Notes under the pieces: generated by a model
What the model saw: only the letters and a program-made list of their open reading frames with translations
The model's database searches: none
What the model was told of the DNA's origin: nothing
Program-made: the position numbers and the translations under genes
In this document: piece after piece, positions 38,517-49,095 of the stretch
Layout: each line of letters opens with the position of its first letter
How positions within the stretch are numbered: position 1 is the stretch's first letter
Origin: a virus
IMG/VR virus record: IMGVR_UViG_3300021963_000038
Location: 71,901-135,900 of that record
Direction: 5' to 3' (one strand)
Length of the DNA stretch: 64,000 nucleotides

Positions 38517-40313
38517 ATGCAAGAAATTGTGCATGGTATCAAGGTAGACTATTCTCGTGATTCTCTATTCGATGAATTAGGTTTAAAAAGACTAAAAGAG
38601 AGTTACATGAAAGAAGATGAGAACTCTCCACAGGAAAGGTTCGCATATGTATCAAAAGCGTTTGGCTCTAATGCAGAGCATTCACAGAGATTATACGAAT
38701 ATAGCAGTAAGCATTGGCTCAGTTATTCTACTCCCATTCTTTCTTTTGGCCGTAGTAAGCGTGGCTTGCCTATTTCATGTTTTCTGCCGTATTTGGATGA
38801 TAGTGCAGAAGGTCTCGTTGATACTCTCTCGGAAGTAAATTGGCTTTCAATGCTAGGTGGTGGTGTAGGCATTGGTTTAGGTATTCGTTCAGCTGATGAT
38901 AAAAGTGTTGGTATTATGCCACACTTACGCACCTATGATGCTTCTTCTCTAGCGTATCGTCAAGGTCGCACACGCAGAGGCAGTTATGCGGCCTATTTGG
39001 ACATTTCTCATCCAGATATTTTAATGTTTTTAGAGATTCGTAAACCTACTGGTGACCAGAATATGCGGTGCCAAAACCTACATCACGGTATTAATATCAC
39101 CGATGATTTTATGGCATTGGTTGAAAAATCAATGTATGACCCACACGCTGACGATACATGGGAATTAAAAGACCCAGCATCAGGTGAAGTGCGTGATACA
39201 GTATCAGCAAGAGAATTGTGGCAACGCATACTTGAAACAAGAATGTTAACTGGTGAACCATATATTCATTACATCGACACTAGTAATAGACAAATGCCAG
39301 ACTTTCAAAAGAAACTTGGTTTAAGTATCAAACAATCTAATTTGTGTAGTGAAATTATTCTACCAACAAACAAAGACCGCACGGCTGTCTGTTGTTTATC
39401 TTCTGTCAACTTGGAGTATTATGATGAGTGGAGAACGGATCCTAATTTTCTTCGTGATATTGCTGAAATGCTCGACAATGTTTTGGAGTATTTTATTCTT
39501 CATGCGCCTACCACCATTGAACGTGCAAGGTATTCTGCCAGTCGTGAGCGCAGTATTGGTATCGGTGCTTTGGGTTTCCATGCTTATCTACAACGAAGCG
39601 GAATAGCTTTTGAGGGTGTCATGGCTAAATCTGCAAATATCAGAATGTTCAAACATATTAGAGGAAAATTAGATGAAGCTAATAAAGAATTGGGAATGGA
39701 ACGAGGTGAAGCTCCTGATGCAATGGGTACTGGAAATCGTTTTAGTCATCTTATGGCTATTGCTCCCAATGCTTCTTCTTCCATCCTTATGGGCAATACC
39801 AGTCCTTCTATTGAACCTTATCGTGCCAATGCGTATAGGCAGGATACTCTTTCGGGTTCTCACCTGAATAAGAATAAGTGGTTAGATAAGATTATACAGA
39901 AACACGCAGAAAATCATCCAGAAGGTTGGGCAGATGAGGTATGGAGTAGTATTATTGCTAATGATGGTTCTGTTCAACACTTTGAATGGCTATCCGAGAA
40001 TGACAAATATGTATTTAAAACATCAATGGAAATTGACCAACGATGGGTTATTGAACACGCAGCTGACCGTCAAGCATTTATTGACCAAGCACAATCATTA
40101 AACCTATTCTTTAGACCAGATGTTAACATTAAGTACCTTCATGCCTGCCATTTCTTGGCATGGAAAAAAGGACTGAAAACACTTTACTACTGCCGTAGTG
40201 AGAAGTTGGCAAAGGCCGATAAGGTATCAAAACGGATTGAACGTGAAGTGATTAAAGAATTAGATATGACCGCAATCGCACAAGGAAACGAGTGTTTAGC
40301 TTGCGAGGGATAA
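38517..40313 (+). CDS. nrdA: class Ia ribonucleotide reductase alpha subunit
   Basis: SNLCSEI, APNASSS, KTLYY, C-terminal CLACEG. Confidence 0.95.
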   Translation: MQEIVHGIKVDYSRDSLFDELGLKRLKESYMKEDENSPQERFAYVSKAFGSNAEHSQRLYEYSSKHWLSYSTPILSFGRSKRGLPISCFLPYLDDSAEGLVDTLSEVNWLSMLGGGVGIGLGIRSADDKSVGIMPHLRTYDASSLAYRQGRTRRGSYAAYLDISHPDILMFLEIRKPTGDQNMRCQNLHHGINITDDFMALVEKSMYDPHADDTWELKDPASGEVRDTVSARELWQRILETRMLTGEPYIHYIDTSNRQMPDFQKKLGLSIKQSNLCSEIILPTNKDRTAVCCLSSVNLEYYDEWRTDPNFLRDIAEMLDNVLEYFILHAPTTIERARYSASRERSIGIGALGFHAYLQRSGIAFEGVMAKSANIRMFKHIRGKLDEANKELGMERGEAPDAMGTGNRFSHLMAIAPNASSSILMGNTSPSIEPYRANAYRQDTLSGSHLNKNKWLDKIIQKHAENHPEGWADEVWSSIIANDGSVQHFEWLSENDKYVFKTSMEIDQRWVIEHAADRQAFIDQAQSLNLFFRPDVNIKYLHACHFLAWKKGLKTLYYCRSEKLAKADKVSKRIEREVIKELDMTAIAQGNECLACEG

Positions 40314-40961
40314 ATGAAACCTACTGTAGCGTTGTTTGTATGTGACCCAAAATGTTCTGTACAATCCACAAACGGTGTAATGAGGGCACTATCAGGAAAC
40401 TATAACTTCAAACTATTTTCAAAGAATGAAGTGGAAGAAGGTTTCTTTGATGGTGTTGATATGGTTATTTTCCCTGGTGGATTTGGTGATTCAGATTCGT
40501 ATGACACGATTTTGAAAAACAATAAAGATGTAGTTGTTGATTTTGTAACTAGAGGTGGTAAGTATCTTGGTATTTGTATGGGAGCTTATTGGGCAGGTAA
40601 AGATTATTTCAACATACTTGACAAGGTTGATGCGGTACAATATATTAAGCAGCCCAATACCTGTACAAAAAGACCTCATGCAAAGAATATGCCTGTCATG
40701 TGGAGAAATGAACCACACAATATGTTTTTCTATGATGGATGTGCATTAGTTGGTGATGATAACTCACCTTACGAAACTATTGCAACGTACAGTAATGGTG
40801 ATAACATGGCTATTATACAAAATAGAATAGGTCTAATTGGTTGCCATCCTGAGAGTGAACAGTTTTGGTATGATAGTTATTCTTGGATGAAAGGTAAATA
40901 TCATAATGGAGTCCAACATAAAATGTTATTAAATTTTGTAAACGAATTAATGGAAAGATAA
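40314..40961 (+). CDS. BPL-N / class I glutamine amidotransferase-like protein
   Basis: FPGG, GICMGAY, HPE. Confidence 0.75.
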   Translation: MKPTVALFVCDPKCSVQSTNGVMRALSGNYNFKLFSKNEVEEGFFDGVDMVIFPGGFGDSDSYDTILKNNKDVVVDFVTRGGKYLGICMGAYWAGKDYFNILDKVDAVQYIKQPNTCTKRPHAKNMPVMWRNEPHNMFFYDGCALVGDDNSPYETIATYSNGDNMAIIQNRIGLIGCHPESEQFWYDSYSWMKGKYHNGVQHKMLLNFVNELMER

Positions 40962-41204
40962 ATGAATAAAATATTAAGATTTACAGCATCATGGTGTGGT
41001 CCATGCAAATCATTGGCGAAGAATCTAGAAGAAGCCAATCTACCAGTACCAATTGAGGTCATTGATATTGACGATAAGTCAGACATTGCCGCAGAATATG
41101 GTATTCGTGGTGTACCAACATTGGTGATGTTACATGAGAATATAGAAATCAAAAGATTGGTTGGTTCAAAGTCAGTCAAAGAATTGCAAGAATGGGTAAG
41201 TTAA
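40962..41204 (+). CDS. thioredoxin
   Basis: WCGPC, VPT. Confidence 0.92.
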   Translation: MNKILRFTASWCGPCKSLAKNLEEANLPVPIEVIDIDDKSDIAAEYGIRGVPTLVMLHENIEIKRLVGSKSVKELQEWVS

Positions 41205-41211
41205 TATAGTT

Positions 41212-41790
41212 ATGGGTTATATTGAGAATTTGTTTTCGACACCCATTTATGTTGATATGATACAAAACATAGATGAGGTGCAATCTGAGATTGATAATGT
41301 TATAAATGATATAAAATTTGTAGAACCACCATCAACTTGGGGTAAAACACATTTGTTATCATCAAGTGATATTTTTGAAACACATAAAATGGTAGTTACG
41401 GAATCTACCATTTTTAGTCATGTGGTAAACTACTGTGATTACCTTGAATTCAAAATTCCAAACAAATATAAAATTGAATCTTGGATGACATTATTCAATA
41501 AAGGTGATTATGGTCATACACATAATCATGGTCATGCTGACATATCTGGTGTATATTATTACAGAACTACTGGTGATGATGGTGATATATTTTTCGAATC
41601 ACCAGTAGAAGGTGCTGAAAATTCTTTAGTCTACGCTAAATGTGCTGAGAGATGGAATCACACACCAAAAGTTGGAAAACTAATTTTATTTCCTGGCTGG
41701 TTAAAACACGGTGTTTTGAAGAACACCAAAGAGTCAAATAGACATAGTATTTCATTTAACATATTTTTCGACAGGATAAACAATGATTAA
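41212..41790 (+). CDS. 2OG-Fe(II) oxygenase (TIGR02466-like)
   Basis: HNH..ISGVYY..FPGWLKH..R.SISFN. Confidence 0.8.
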   Translation: MGYIENLFSTPIYVDMIQNIDEVQSEIDNVINDIKFVEPPSTWGKTHLLSSSDIFETHKMVVTESTIFSHVVNYCDYLEFKIPNKYKIESWMTLFNKGDYGHTHNHGHADISGVYYYRTTGDDGDIFFESPVEGAENSLVYAKCAERWNHTPKVGKLILFPGWLKHGVLKNTKESNRHSISFNIFFDRINND

Positions 41791-42775
41791 AAAAGCAGAA
41801 TCAAAATTAACGGACACAAGAAACAGTTTCAAACCATTCAATTATCCATGGGCATATGATGCATGGTTGAAACATGAACAATCACATTGGTTACACACAG
41901 AGGTGCCAATGTTAGAAGATGTGAAAGATTGGAAAAAGAAACTAACACCATCAGAAAAACAATTTCTCACAAACATTTTTCGTTTCTTTACACAAGGTGA
42001 TATTGATGTGGCGGGTGGTTATGTAAATAACTATCTGCCATATTTTCCTCAGCCTGAAGTTCGTATGATGCTGATGGGTTTTGCGGCTCGTGAGGCACTA
42101 CACATTGCAGCCTATTCACACTTGATTGAAACACTTGGTTTGCCTGATACCACATACAATGAATTCATGGCCTATCAAGAAATGAAAGACAAACATGATT
42201 ATGTCATGGACTTATCAGGTAAGAATGGCACCAAAGAGAACACCGCACGACATATTGCTGTGTTCTCTGCTTTCACTGAAGGTATGCAATTGTTCTCCTC
42301 ATTTATTATGTTACTTAACTTTCCACGCACAGGCAAAATGAAAGGCATGGGACAGATTGTAACTTGGTCTATTGTTGATGAAACAATGCACGCTGAGAAT
42401 ATGATGAAGTTATTTAAGACCTACATACAAGAGAATAATGAAATTTGGAACGATGAATTAAAATCTTCCATTTATGCCATTGCTGAACGCATGGTAGAAT
42501 TAGAAGATAAATTTATTGACCTTGCATTTAATATGGGACCAATGGAAGGTTTAACACCAGAAGATGTTAAACAATATATTCGTTACATTGCTGACCGCAG
42601 GTTGATTGGCCTTGGTATGAAAGGCATCTTTAAAGTAAAACGCAACCCACTACCATGGGTCGAATCTATGATTAACGCACCAACCCACACCAATTTCTTT
42701 GAGAATCGTGCCACAGATTATGCTAAGGGTGCTTTGAATGGTACATGGGATGAAGTTTGGGGAAGAGCTGCATAA
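41783..42775 (+). CDS. nrdB: ribonucleotide reductase beta subunit
   Basis: EALHIAAYS, EGMQLFSSF, DETMH, NFFE. Confidence 0.95.
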   Translation: MIKKAESKLTDTRNSFKPFNYPWAYDAWLKHEQSHWLHTEVPMLEDVKDWKKKLTPSEKQFLTNIFRFFTQGDIDVAGGYVNNYLPYFPQPEVRMMLMGFAAREALHIAAYSHLIETLGLPDTTYNEFMAYQEMKDKHDYVMDLSGKNGTKENTARHIAVFSAFTEGMQLFSSFIMLLNFPRTGKMKGMGQIVTWSIVDETMHAENMMKLFKTYIQENNEIWNDELKSSIYAIAERMVELEDKFIDLAFNMGPMEGLTPEDVKQYIRYIADRRLIGLGMKGIFKVKRNPLPWVESMINAPTHTNFFENRATDYAKGALNGTWDEVWGRAA

Positions 42776-43413
42776 TGGCACACATTGTTGCTAATCTTCC
42801 AGCAGTAAAATGTTTTGTTCGTAAAGAGTTTCTCTATGACTTTGAGAAAGGTCATGGAGAACTTGAGCCTTGTTGGTGGGTGAGTATTAAATCACTAAGA
42901 GGCCAAGCATTTCGTATTGAATCATACCTAAACAACTATGGTGCATTGTATGACAAACTACCACTTCATGCATATTGTTGGAAACCTATTGAAGGTGAAC
43001 CTCTACCTTTAGATTATTTGCAGTTGTGGGACTGTTTATCATATGATATTGCTGTGATAAAGAAAGCACAGCTGCAATCGATGAGGTGTAAGTTTAAGTT
43101 AAAGAATGGAGATTGGCAATATGGTGTTTATATGTTTACAGTTGATTCTGCTCATCCTGATTTTAACGTACTTGATACAGGGTTTAGCGAAGATATCGAG
43201 GACCACAAGTCTTATAATTTCGTCATGTGTGATAATGGTCAGTTTGCTGCTCAGCCAAATAATCGTTTAATCATACTAGAACCAAGTAGTAATCCAAAAG
43301 AACTGAAGATGCCAGATTTTAAGGTTGCAACAAAAAAATGGTCGGTTGAAACCGATCCTAAGTGGGCATTAGGTGACACAAACACAATAATGTACGAAAG
43401 AGAAAATGATTGA
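42775..43413 (+). CDS. conserved hypothetical protein
   Basis: LQLWDC..EDHKSYN..GQFAAQPNNR. Confidence 0.6.
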   Translation: MAHIVANLPAVKCFVRKEFLYDFEKGHGELEPCWWVSIKSLRGQAFRIESYLNNYGALYDKLPLHAYCWKPIEGEPLPLDYLQLWDCLSYDIAVIKKAQLQSMRCKFKLKNGDWQYGVYMFTVDSAHPDFNVLDTGFSEDIEDHKSYNFVMCDNGQFAAQPNNRLIILEPSSNPKELKMPDFKVATKKWSVETDPKWALGDTNTIMYEREND

Positions 43414-44110
43414 ACTAATTTACCTTTTGGTGATGACCCATATCACCATCATATCAGTTACATTGTATCTGCACAGGGGTCAAGCACACAGAGGTATTGA
43501 GTTTCATCCAATACTAGGTCATTTCATGCGTTTCTGGTTGTGGTTAACAACAGGTATGATAACTAAACAATGGGTTGCCATACACCGAAAACACCATCAA
43601 AAGAGTGATATTGAAGGTGACCCGCATAGTCCTCATGTATTTGGTATTTGGACAGTCTTAACTAAAGGAGCATTGTTATACAATGATGCATCAAAAGATA
43701 AAGATATGGTTGATACATATGGTGCTGGCACTCCTGATGATTGGGTGGAAAGAAGTATATACAGTAAACATAGTCGTTTAGGAATTACTTTGTTATTGGT
43801 CATAAATTTACTTTGTTTTTCATGGGTAGGTTTATTAATATGGGCAATTCAAATGATATGGATTCCATTTTGGGCTGCAGGTGTTATTAATGGCATAGGA
43901 CACTTTTGGGGTTACAGAAATGGTGAAACTAAAGATTATAGTCGCAATATTAGTCCTTGGGGTATTGTTATTGGTGGTGAAGAATTGCACAACAACCACC
44001 ATCTCTCACCAGCGAGTGCCAAGTTATCTCAAAAATGGTGGGAATTTGATATAGGTTGGATGTGGTTAACAATATTCAGATTCTTTAAGTTGGCAAAATT
44101 AACAAGATAA
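43406..44110 (+). CDS. delta-9-type fatty acid desaturase
   Basis: His boxes HRGQAH, HRKHH, HNNHH. Confidence 0.9.
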   Translation: MIELIYLLVMTHITIISVTLYLHRGQAHRGIEFHPILGHFMRFWLWLTTGMITKQWVAIHRKHHQKSDIEGDPHSPHVFGIWTVLTKGALLYNDASKDKDMVDTYGAGTPDDWVERSIYSKHSRLGITLLLVINLLCFSWVGLLIWAIQMIWIPFWAAGVINGIGHFWGYRNGETKDYSRNISPWGIVIGGEELHNNHHLSPASAKLSQKWWEFDIGWMWLTIFRFFKLAKLTR

Positions 44111-44113
44111 CAA

Positions 44114-44902
44114 ATGAAATATAAAAGTATATTCATTAGTGATGTACATTTAGGAACTCGTGATTGTCAAGCAGAAAAATTAAATAATTTTTTGAAAAAT
44201 AATTCATGTGAAACACTATATCTTGTTGGAGATATAATTGATGCATGGAAAATTCAACAAAACAAATGGCGGTGGAAACAAAGTCATACAAATGTCGTGA
44301 GAAGAATTCTTGGCCATGCAAAAAGAGGCACAAGAGTCGTTTATGTTGCAGGTAATCACGATGAATTTTTAAGACCAATGATTCCTTATGGTTTCAGTTT
44401 TGGTCTAATCGAAATACACAATCAAGTAGAACATATTGGTGCAGATGGTAAGCATTATCTGGTCACACATGGTGATTTATTTGATGGTATTACTAGGCTT
44501 GCTCCTTGGTTGTCATTTCTTGGTGATAAATTATATGATGTAGTTTTAGAATGGAATTCAAAATTTAATTGGATTAGACATAAATTAGGTTTTGGTTATT
44601 GGTCTTTATCAAAATACTTAAAAAGTAGAGTGAAAAAAGCAAATGATTTTATTTTTCAATTTGAAAAGAATCTTGCAAACTATTGTAAAAAACGTGGTTT
44701 TGATGGTGTAATATGCGGTCACATACATACCGCTGAGATTAAAGATATAGATGGTATAATTTACATGAACGATGGTGATTGGGTTGAATCTTGTTCTGCT
44801 CTTGTTGAACATTACGATGGTAAGTGGGAAATCGTAACTTGGACCAAGGAGAAGAACGATGTGGTTAATGATACTGATAGCAGTACACATGAACAACCCT
44901 AA
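44114..44902 (+). CDS. LpxH2/PlcP-like metallophosphoesterase
   Basis: SDVHLG, GDIIDAW, GNHD, HGD, CGHIH, NDGDWVES. Confidence 0.8.
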   Translation: MKYKSIFISDVHLGTRDCQAEKLNNFLKNNSCETLYLVGDIIDAWKIQQNKWRWKQSHTNVVRRILGHAKRGTRVVYVAGNHDEFLRPMIPYGFSFGLIEIHNQVEHIGADGKHYLVTHGDLFDGITRLAPWLSFLGDKLYDVVLEWNSKFNWIRHKLGFGYWSLSKYLKSRVKKANDFIFQFEKNLANYCKKRGFDGVICGHIHTAEIKDIDGIIYMNDGDWVESCSALVEHYDGKWEIVTWTKEKNDVVNDTDSSTHEQP

Positions 44903-45029
44903 TGATGTGCCAGGAAAAATAACTTTAGAGTTTCAAACACAACAACAATGCGAACAATCATTACAGTCAATGACATATTGGTTAAAATTTGATAAATTTA
45001 AGGTGGTTGGTAAATGTCAAAAGATTTAA
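44859..45029 (+). CDS. small hypothetical exported protein
   Basis: manual translation MWLMILIAVH...CEQ...KCQKI. Confidence 0.5.
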   Translation: MWLMILIAVHMNNPNDVPGKITLEFQTQQQCEQSLQSMTYWLKFDKFKVVGKCQKI

Positions 45030-45730
45030 AAAATAAAATTACAATTGTGGTGCCTTGCAAAAATGAGGAAAACTATATTGCTCATTTGTTAATGCACCTG
45101 CGCCAGCAAGATATAGGCAAAACTAGAATCATTATCGCAGATTGTTCTACTGACAATACACGAGAAGTTATTCAAGTGATGAAAGGTGAACTGAATGTTG
45201 AAGTTATTGAAGGTGGCACAGTTTCATTTGCAAAGAATAGTGGTGCCAAACTTGCAACAACACCATATATTTTGTTTATAGATAGTGATGTGAGATTCTT
45301 TTCTGATACAGTTATAAATGATTGTGTCAATGAAATGGAAAAAAACAATTTAGATTTAATTGGACTAAATATCAAATGTTATGATGGTGACAAAAGGGCA
45401 CAAATTGCCTTTATGATATTTAATGCAATTAATGGCATAATGAAATATTGGTCACCATTTGCAGTCGGTGCTTTCATGTTAACCCGTACTGATAAATTTT
45501 GGGAATACGGTGGCTTTGCAGAAAAATATGTAACAAGTGAAGATTTCTTCTTATCACAAGAATATGATGTGAAAAAATTCAAGTTAGTGAACCATTATTT
45601 TGGCCAAGACAATAGAAGGTTTAAAAAAATGGGATACTTTGGTATGGCTTGGTATCTGATTAAGAATTTTTGGAATCGTAATAATGAGAAACATTGGAGT
45701 AATATAGATTATTCCAAATATTGGAAATAA
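45014..45730 (+). CDS. GT2 glycosyltransferase
   Basis: VVPCKNEE, STDNT, DSD, ED motifs. Confidence 0.85.
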   Translation: MSKDLKNKITIVVPCKNEENYIAHLLMHLRQQDIGKTRIIIADCSTDNTREVIQVMKGELNVEVIEGGTVSFAKNSGAKLATTPYILFIDSDVRFFSDTVINDCVNEMEKNNLDLIGLNIKCYDGDKRAQIAFMIFNAINGIMKYWSPFAVGAFMLTRTDKFWEYGGFAEKYVTSEDFFLSQEYDVKKFKLVNHYFGQDNRRFKKMGYFGMAWYLIKNFWNRNNEKHWSNIDYSKYWK

Positions 45731-45731
45731 G

Positions 45732-46061
45732 ATGATAACACTAGACGAAACCGCCAAAGATAAGATTACAGACTTATACATAGATGAGAATGACTCAACC
45801 ATCAAAGGGTTGAGAGTTTTTGTTCAAGGTGGCGGTTGTTCTGGTTTTTCATATGGTTTCACATGGGAGTGGGAAAAGAATGAAGATGACTTTGAATTTC
45901 CCATCAATGAAAAAATCCAAGTATTGGTTGATGCCATGAGTATGCAATATTTACAAGGCGCAACAATCAAATTCAAAACCGAATTAATGGGTTCTAATTT
46001 TCTAATTGAGAATCCAAACGCAACGAACAAATGTGGTTGCGGCTCATCATTTGCAGTATAA
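45732..46061 (+). CDS. erpA: A-type Fe-S carrier (ErpA/IscA-like)
   Basis: GGGCSG and CGCGSSF. Confidence 0.88.
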   Translation: MITLDETAKDKITDLYIDENDSTIKGLRVFVQGGGCSGFSYGFTWEWEKNEDDFEFPINEKIQVLVDAMSMQYLQGATIKFKTELMGSNFLIENPNATNKCGCGSSFAV

Positions 46062-46072
46062 AGAAAGATAAA

Positions 46073-46882
46073 ATGAAAAAATTCCTGTTTGTATTACTAT
46101 TAATTTCAACAGCAGCATTTGGTTGGACACAAAGACAACCATTGCCCGTTGAATCATGCAAAGTCCATGCACCATATGGATTTCCTCAGAGTGCAGTTAA
46201 TGTTCAACCAATTTGCCGACAAGCCTATTTGGTTGGATATGATGCACCAACAAAACTACCACGATTCGTTACATATGAATTGATTCCACAAAATGCATTA
46301 GGTTGTGTTGCTCGCACCAATGCATTTGTTGCTGACCAATCAATATCAAATGGTCCAAGACCTGATGACTATGCAGCAACAGGTTACGACAAAGGCCATA
46401 TGGCACCAGATGGTGATTTATCATGGGACCAACAGGTTGAGTATGAATCTTTTTTGATGACCAATATGTCACCGCAAGCTGGCTCTTTGAACCGTGGCAT
46501 ATGGAAACTGTTAGAGACCTCTGTAAGAGGATGGGTCGTTCAAAGAAACCAATCGTATACGATTTATGTTGGCGGCATTTACAATGCACAAGATAAGAAG
46601 ATTGGTACTGGTGTTGTAGTGCCTCATGCATTTTATAAGATTGTAATTAACAATCAAACAAATGAAATTGCTGGTTGGCAATTCCCTCATGTGCCACCAT
46701 ATCCAAATCTAGGCAACGATTTAAAATTATTTCGATTGCCCGTTTCACAAATTCAAACAAATGCAGGCGTTAACTTTGGTTATCCACAAAATGCCATAGA
46801 ATTACAACCAGGTCAAGAATGGCCTGTTGATTTTGGTGCATTGACCAATGCTAAGCGTGCCAAATGTGGTAGAGCAGACTAA
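46073..46882 (+). CDS. exported DNA/RNA non-specific endonuclease (NucA-like)
   Basis: signal peptide; DKGHMAP, NMSPQ, LNRGIW. Confidence 0.88.
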   Translation: MKKFLFVLLLISTAAFGWTQRQPLPVESCKVHAPYGFPQSAVNVQPICRQAYLVGYDAPTKLPRFVTYELIPQNALGCVARTNAFVADQSISNGPRPDDYAATGYDKGHMAPDGDLSWDQQVEYESFLMTNMSPQAGSLNRGIWKLLETSVRGWVVQRNQSYTIYVGGIYNAQDKKIGTGVVVPHAFYKIVINNQTNEIAGWQFPHVPPYPNLGNDLKLFRLPVSQIQTNAGVNFGYPQNAIELQPGQEWPVDFGALTNAKRAKCGRAD

Positions 46883-47031
46883 TGATTATAAAACACCAAT
46901 GTTCAGAGTGTGATTCAAAATACACCATTGAATTCAGTTTAGATGATTGTGAAGATAATCCAACCTACTGTCCCTTCTGTTCATCCTATATACAGGAAGA
47001 TGAAGTTGAACAGCAGGATGATGATTATTAA
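46882..47031 (+). CDS. small zinc-ribbon protein
   Basis: CSEC...CPFC with acidic tail. Confidence 0.6.
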   Translation: MIIKHQCSECDSKYTIEFSLDDCEDNPTYCPFCSSYIQEDEVEQQDDDY

Positions 47032-47516
47032 TGACTTGGTTTTTTCATAATACACCAGAACAATTCAATATTGACGATGCCGAAGGTTACTTTGGTTTCG
47101 TCTATCTTATTACCCACAATCCAACAGGTCGAAAATATATTGGTAAGAAATTCTTTACCAAAGCTGGAACTCGCCAAATCAAAGGCAAAAAGAAAAAGAT
47201 TCGCAAGACCTCTGATTGGGAAACATATTGGGGTTCCAATACAGAATTGCAGGCAGAAGTAAAACAAAATGGGGAGGAACAATACACAAGAGAAATTCTA
47301 CATTTATGTAAATCTCGGTCAGAGTGTAGTTATATGGAAACATTTGAAATATTCAATCGCCATGCATTATTGAGTGATTCATATTATAACTCATGGGTGA
47401 CCTGTAAAATCCACAAATCTCATGTAATAGGAAAAATTAATGGCTCGCAAACAAACAGCAAACAACGAAACAATAACAGTAGCCAAGACAACCAATCAAT
47501 TGAAAATACGAATTGA
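47031..47516 (+). CDS. GIY-YIG endonuclease II (DenA-like)
   Basis: GFVYLI..KYIGKK..YWGS..REIL..YYN. Confidence 0.75.
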   Translation: MTWFFHNTPEQFNIDDAEGYFGFVYLITHNPTGRKYIGKKFFTKAGTRQIKGKKKKIRKTSDWETYWGSNTELQAEVKQNGEEQYTREILHLCKSRSECSYMETFEIFNRHALLSDSYYNSWVTCKIHKSHVIGKINGSQTNSKQRNNNSSQDNQSIENTN

Positions 47517-48180
47517 TGACCTTAAAACATTCGACCCATTAACCGACAATCAAAAACTATTCTTTGATGCATATAAAAGAGGTGATTACTTTGTAGCACT
47601 ACATGGTGTTGCAGGTACAGGTAAAACATTCTGTGCATTGTATAAGGCAATAGAAGAAGTCCTTGACAAATCAAACCCATTCAAAAAAATCATTGTTGTC
47701 CGTTCAGCAGTACAATCTCGTGAGATTGGCCATTTACCTGGCGATGTAAATGAAAAGATGGAAATCTACCAACAGCCATATCGGCAAATATGTGAAACAC
47801 TATTTGGTCGCCGTGATGCATGGGATAGATTAGAAGAACAACATTATATTGAATTCATATCAACCTCATTCATTCGTGGTATGTCATTTGATGATGCCAT
47901 TATCATTGTGGATGAGATGCAGAATATGACCTTTGAAGAAATCGACACCGTTATGACACGGGTTGGTTATCGTTCAAAGATTCTATGGTGTGGTGATTAC
48001 AGGCAAACCGACCTGAACAAAAAGAAAAACGATATGTCAGGCATATTGAAATTCTTTGACATTGCCATGCATATGAAAGCATTTACCCGTATTGAATTTA
48101 CTGCCGATGATATTGTCCGTTCATCATTGGTTAAAGATTATATTCTGGCGAAGATGCAATATGAAGATGCCGTTTCATAA
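47440..48180 (+). CDS. phoH: PhoH-like ATPase
   Basis: GVAGTGKT, GHLPG, RGMSF, DEMQN, GDYRQTD. Confidence 0.92.
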   Translation: MARKQTANNETITVAKTTNQLKIRIDDLKTFDPLTDNQKLFFDAYKRGDYFVALHGVAGTGKTFCALYKAIEEVLDKSNPFKKIIVVRSAVQSREIGHLPGDVNEKMEIYQQPYRQICETLFGRRDAWDRLEEQHYIEFISTSFIRGMSFDDAIIIVDEMQNMTFEEIDTVMTRVGYRSKILWCGDYRQTDLNKKKNDMSGILKFFDIAMHMKAFTRIEFTADDIVRSSLVKDYILAKMQYEDAVS

Positions 48181-48300
48181 GGTGAAATAGACCAGGCATA
48201 CTAGTAGAAACACTAGGTTTTTGATGCAATGCAACATATATAATAGTATGGGTGCTCAATAGTGAGGCTCATACTATTTTAATCGTCTAAAGGAGATATT

Positions 48301-48513
48301 ATGTTCGCAGTAGATACATTCATCGAAACCGTTCAAGGTGCAAAGAAATATTTTGTCAACACATTTGTTGCCGATAAAGAATTACAAAAACCACTTAACG
48401 CTTTCATCGATAAACAAACCGAGTTTGTTACTCAAATCGTAAAGACCAACCAAGAAGTGTCAAATCAAATCTTGGATTCATTGGCCAAATTCTCTAAAAC
48501 ATCGAAGGCCTAA
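48301..48513 (+). CDS. phasin-like amphipathic helical protein
   Basis: strong SD; helical pattern FIDKQTEFVTQ; upstream TGC-rich motif. Confidence 0.5.
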   Translation: MFAVDTFIETVQGAKKYFVNTFVADKELQKPLNAFIDKQTEFVTQIVKTNQEVSNQILDSLAKFSKTSKA

Positions 48514-48514
48514 T

Positions 48515-48664
48515 ATGCCAGATATGACAGGATTTTGGGAGTGGGTTAAAAGAACATTCACACCTGCATACAGAAATGAGATTGAGGCCTATTTGGCTGA
48601 TTCTGTTGACCATGCTGATGTTGAACGTAGAATTATGAACCTCCAACGCAGAGGCATGATATGA
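48515..48664 (+). CDS. DUF3563-like small protein
   Basis: manual translation EAYLADSVDHADVERR. Confidence 0.65.
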   Translation: MPDMTGFWEWVKRTFTPAYRNEIEAYLADSVDHADVERRIMNLQRRGMI

Positions 48665-48842
48665 AAATCTTAAAATCAATCGCAAAATTTTTTGTTGTGT
48701 GTGGTGAAGTTTTAGAAGAATATCGCAACGGTAAATATTCTAAGATTCATAAACGGTGAGAGTGTTGTTCGGCGTATAATTTGATTGTATTGTAAATTTC
48801 TGATATACTACATATACCATAAGATAGTATAATGAGATACCA

Positions 48843-49091
48843 ATGCAAAAAAAGTTATCGCCGGCAACTACCAAACTGAGGACTGAAATCAAGAACAATT
48901 TGCGTTCTTGGCACCTTTGTGAGCGTAATGGCTGGTTTATAAAATTATCGATACACCGAGAAGAAAACATATTATTGATGTTCATTTCTCGGTACACGGC
49001 ACAAACTATTATTCGGTATTTTACCTGTGAAGATGATGCCGTAGAATATATAAATTTTGTTATTGACAAGAGTGCCGAAGATAAGGTTTAA
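48843..49091 (+). CDS. hypothetical protein
   Basis: ORF ending at a terminator. Confidence 0.5.
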   Translation: MQKKLSPATTKLRTEIKNNLRSWHLCERNGWFIKLSIHREENILLMFISRYTAQTIIRYFTCEDDAVEYINFVIDKSAEDKV

Positions 49092-49095
49092 TTGT

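Noticed and set aside
4429-42775. Introns or inteins in gp43, gp41, nrdA or nrdB
   Set aside because: All are uninterrupted, of ordinary length and lack intein motifs.
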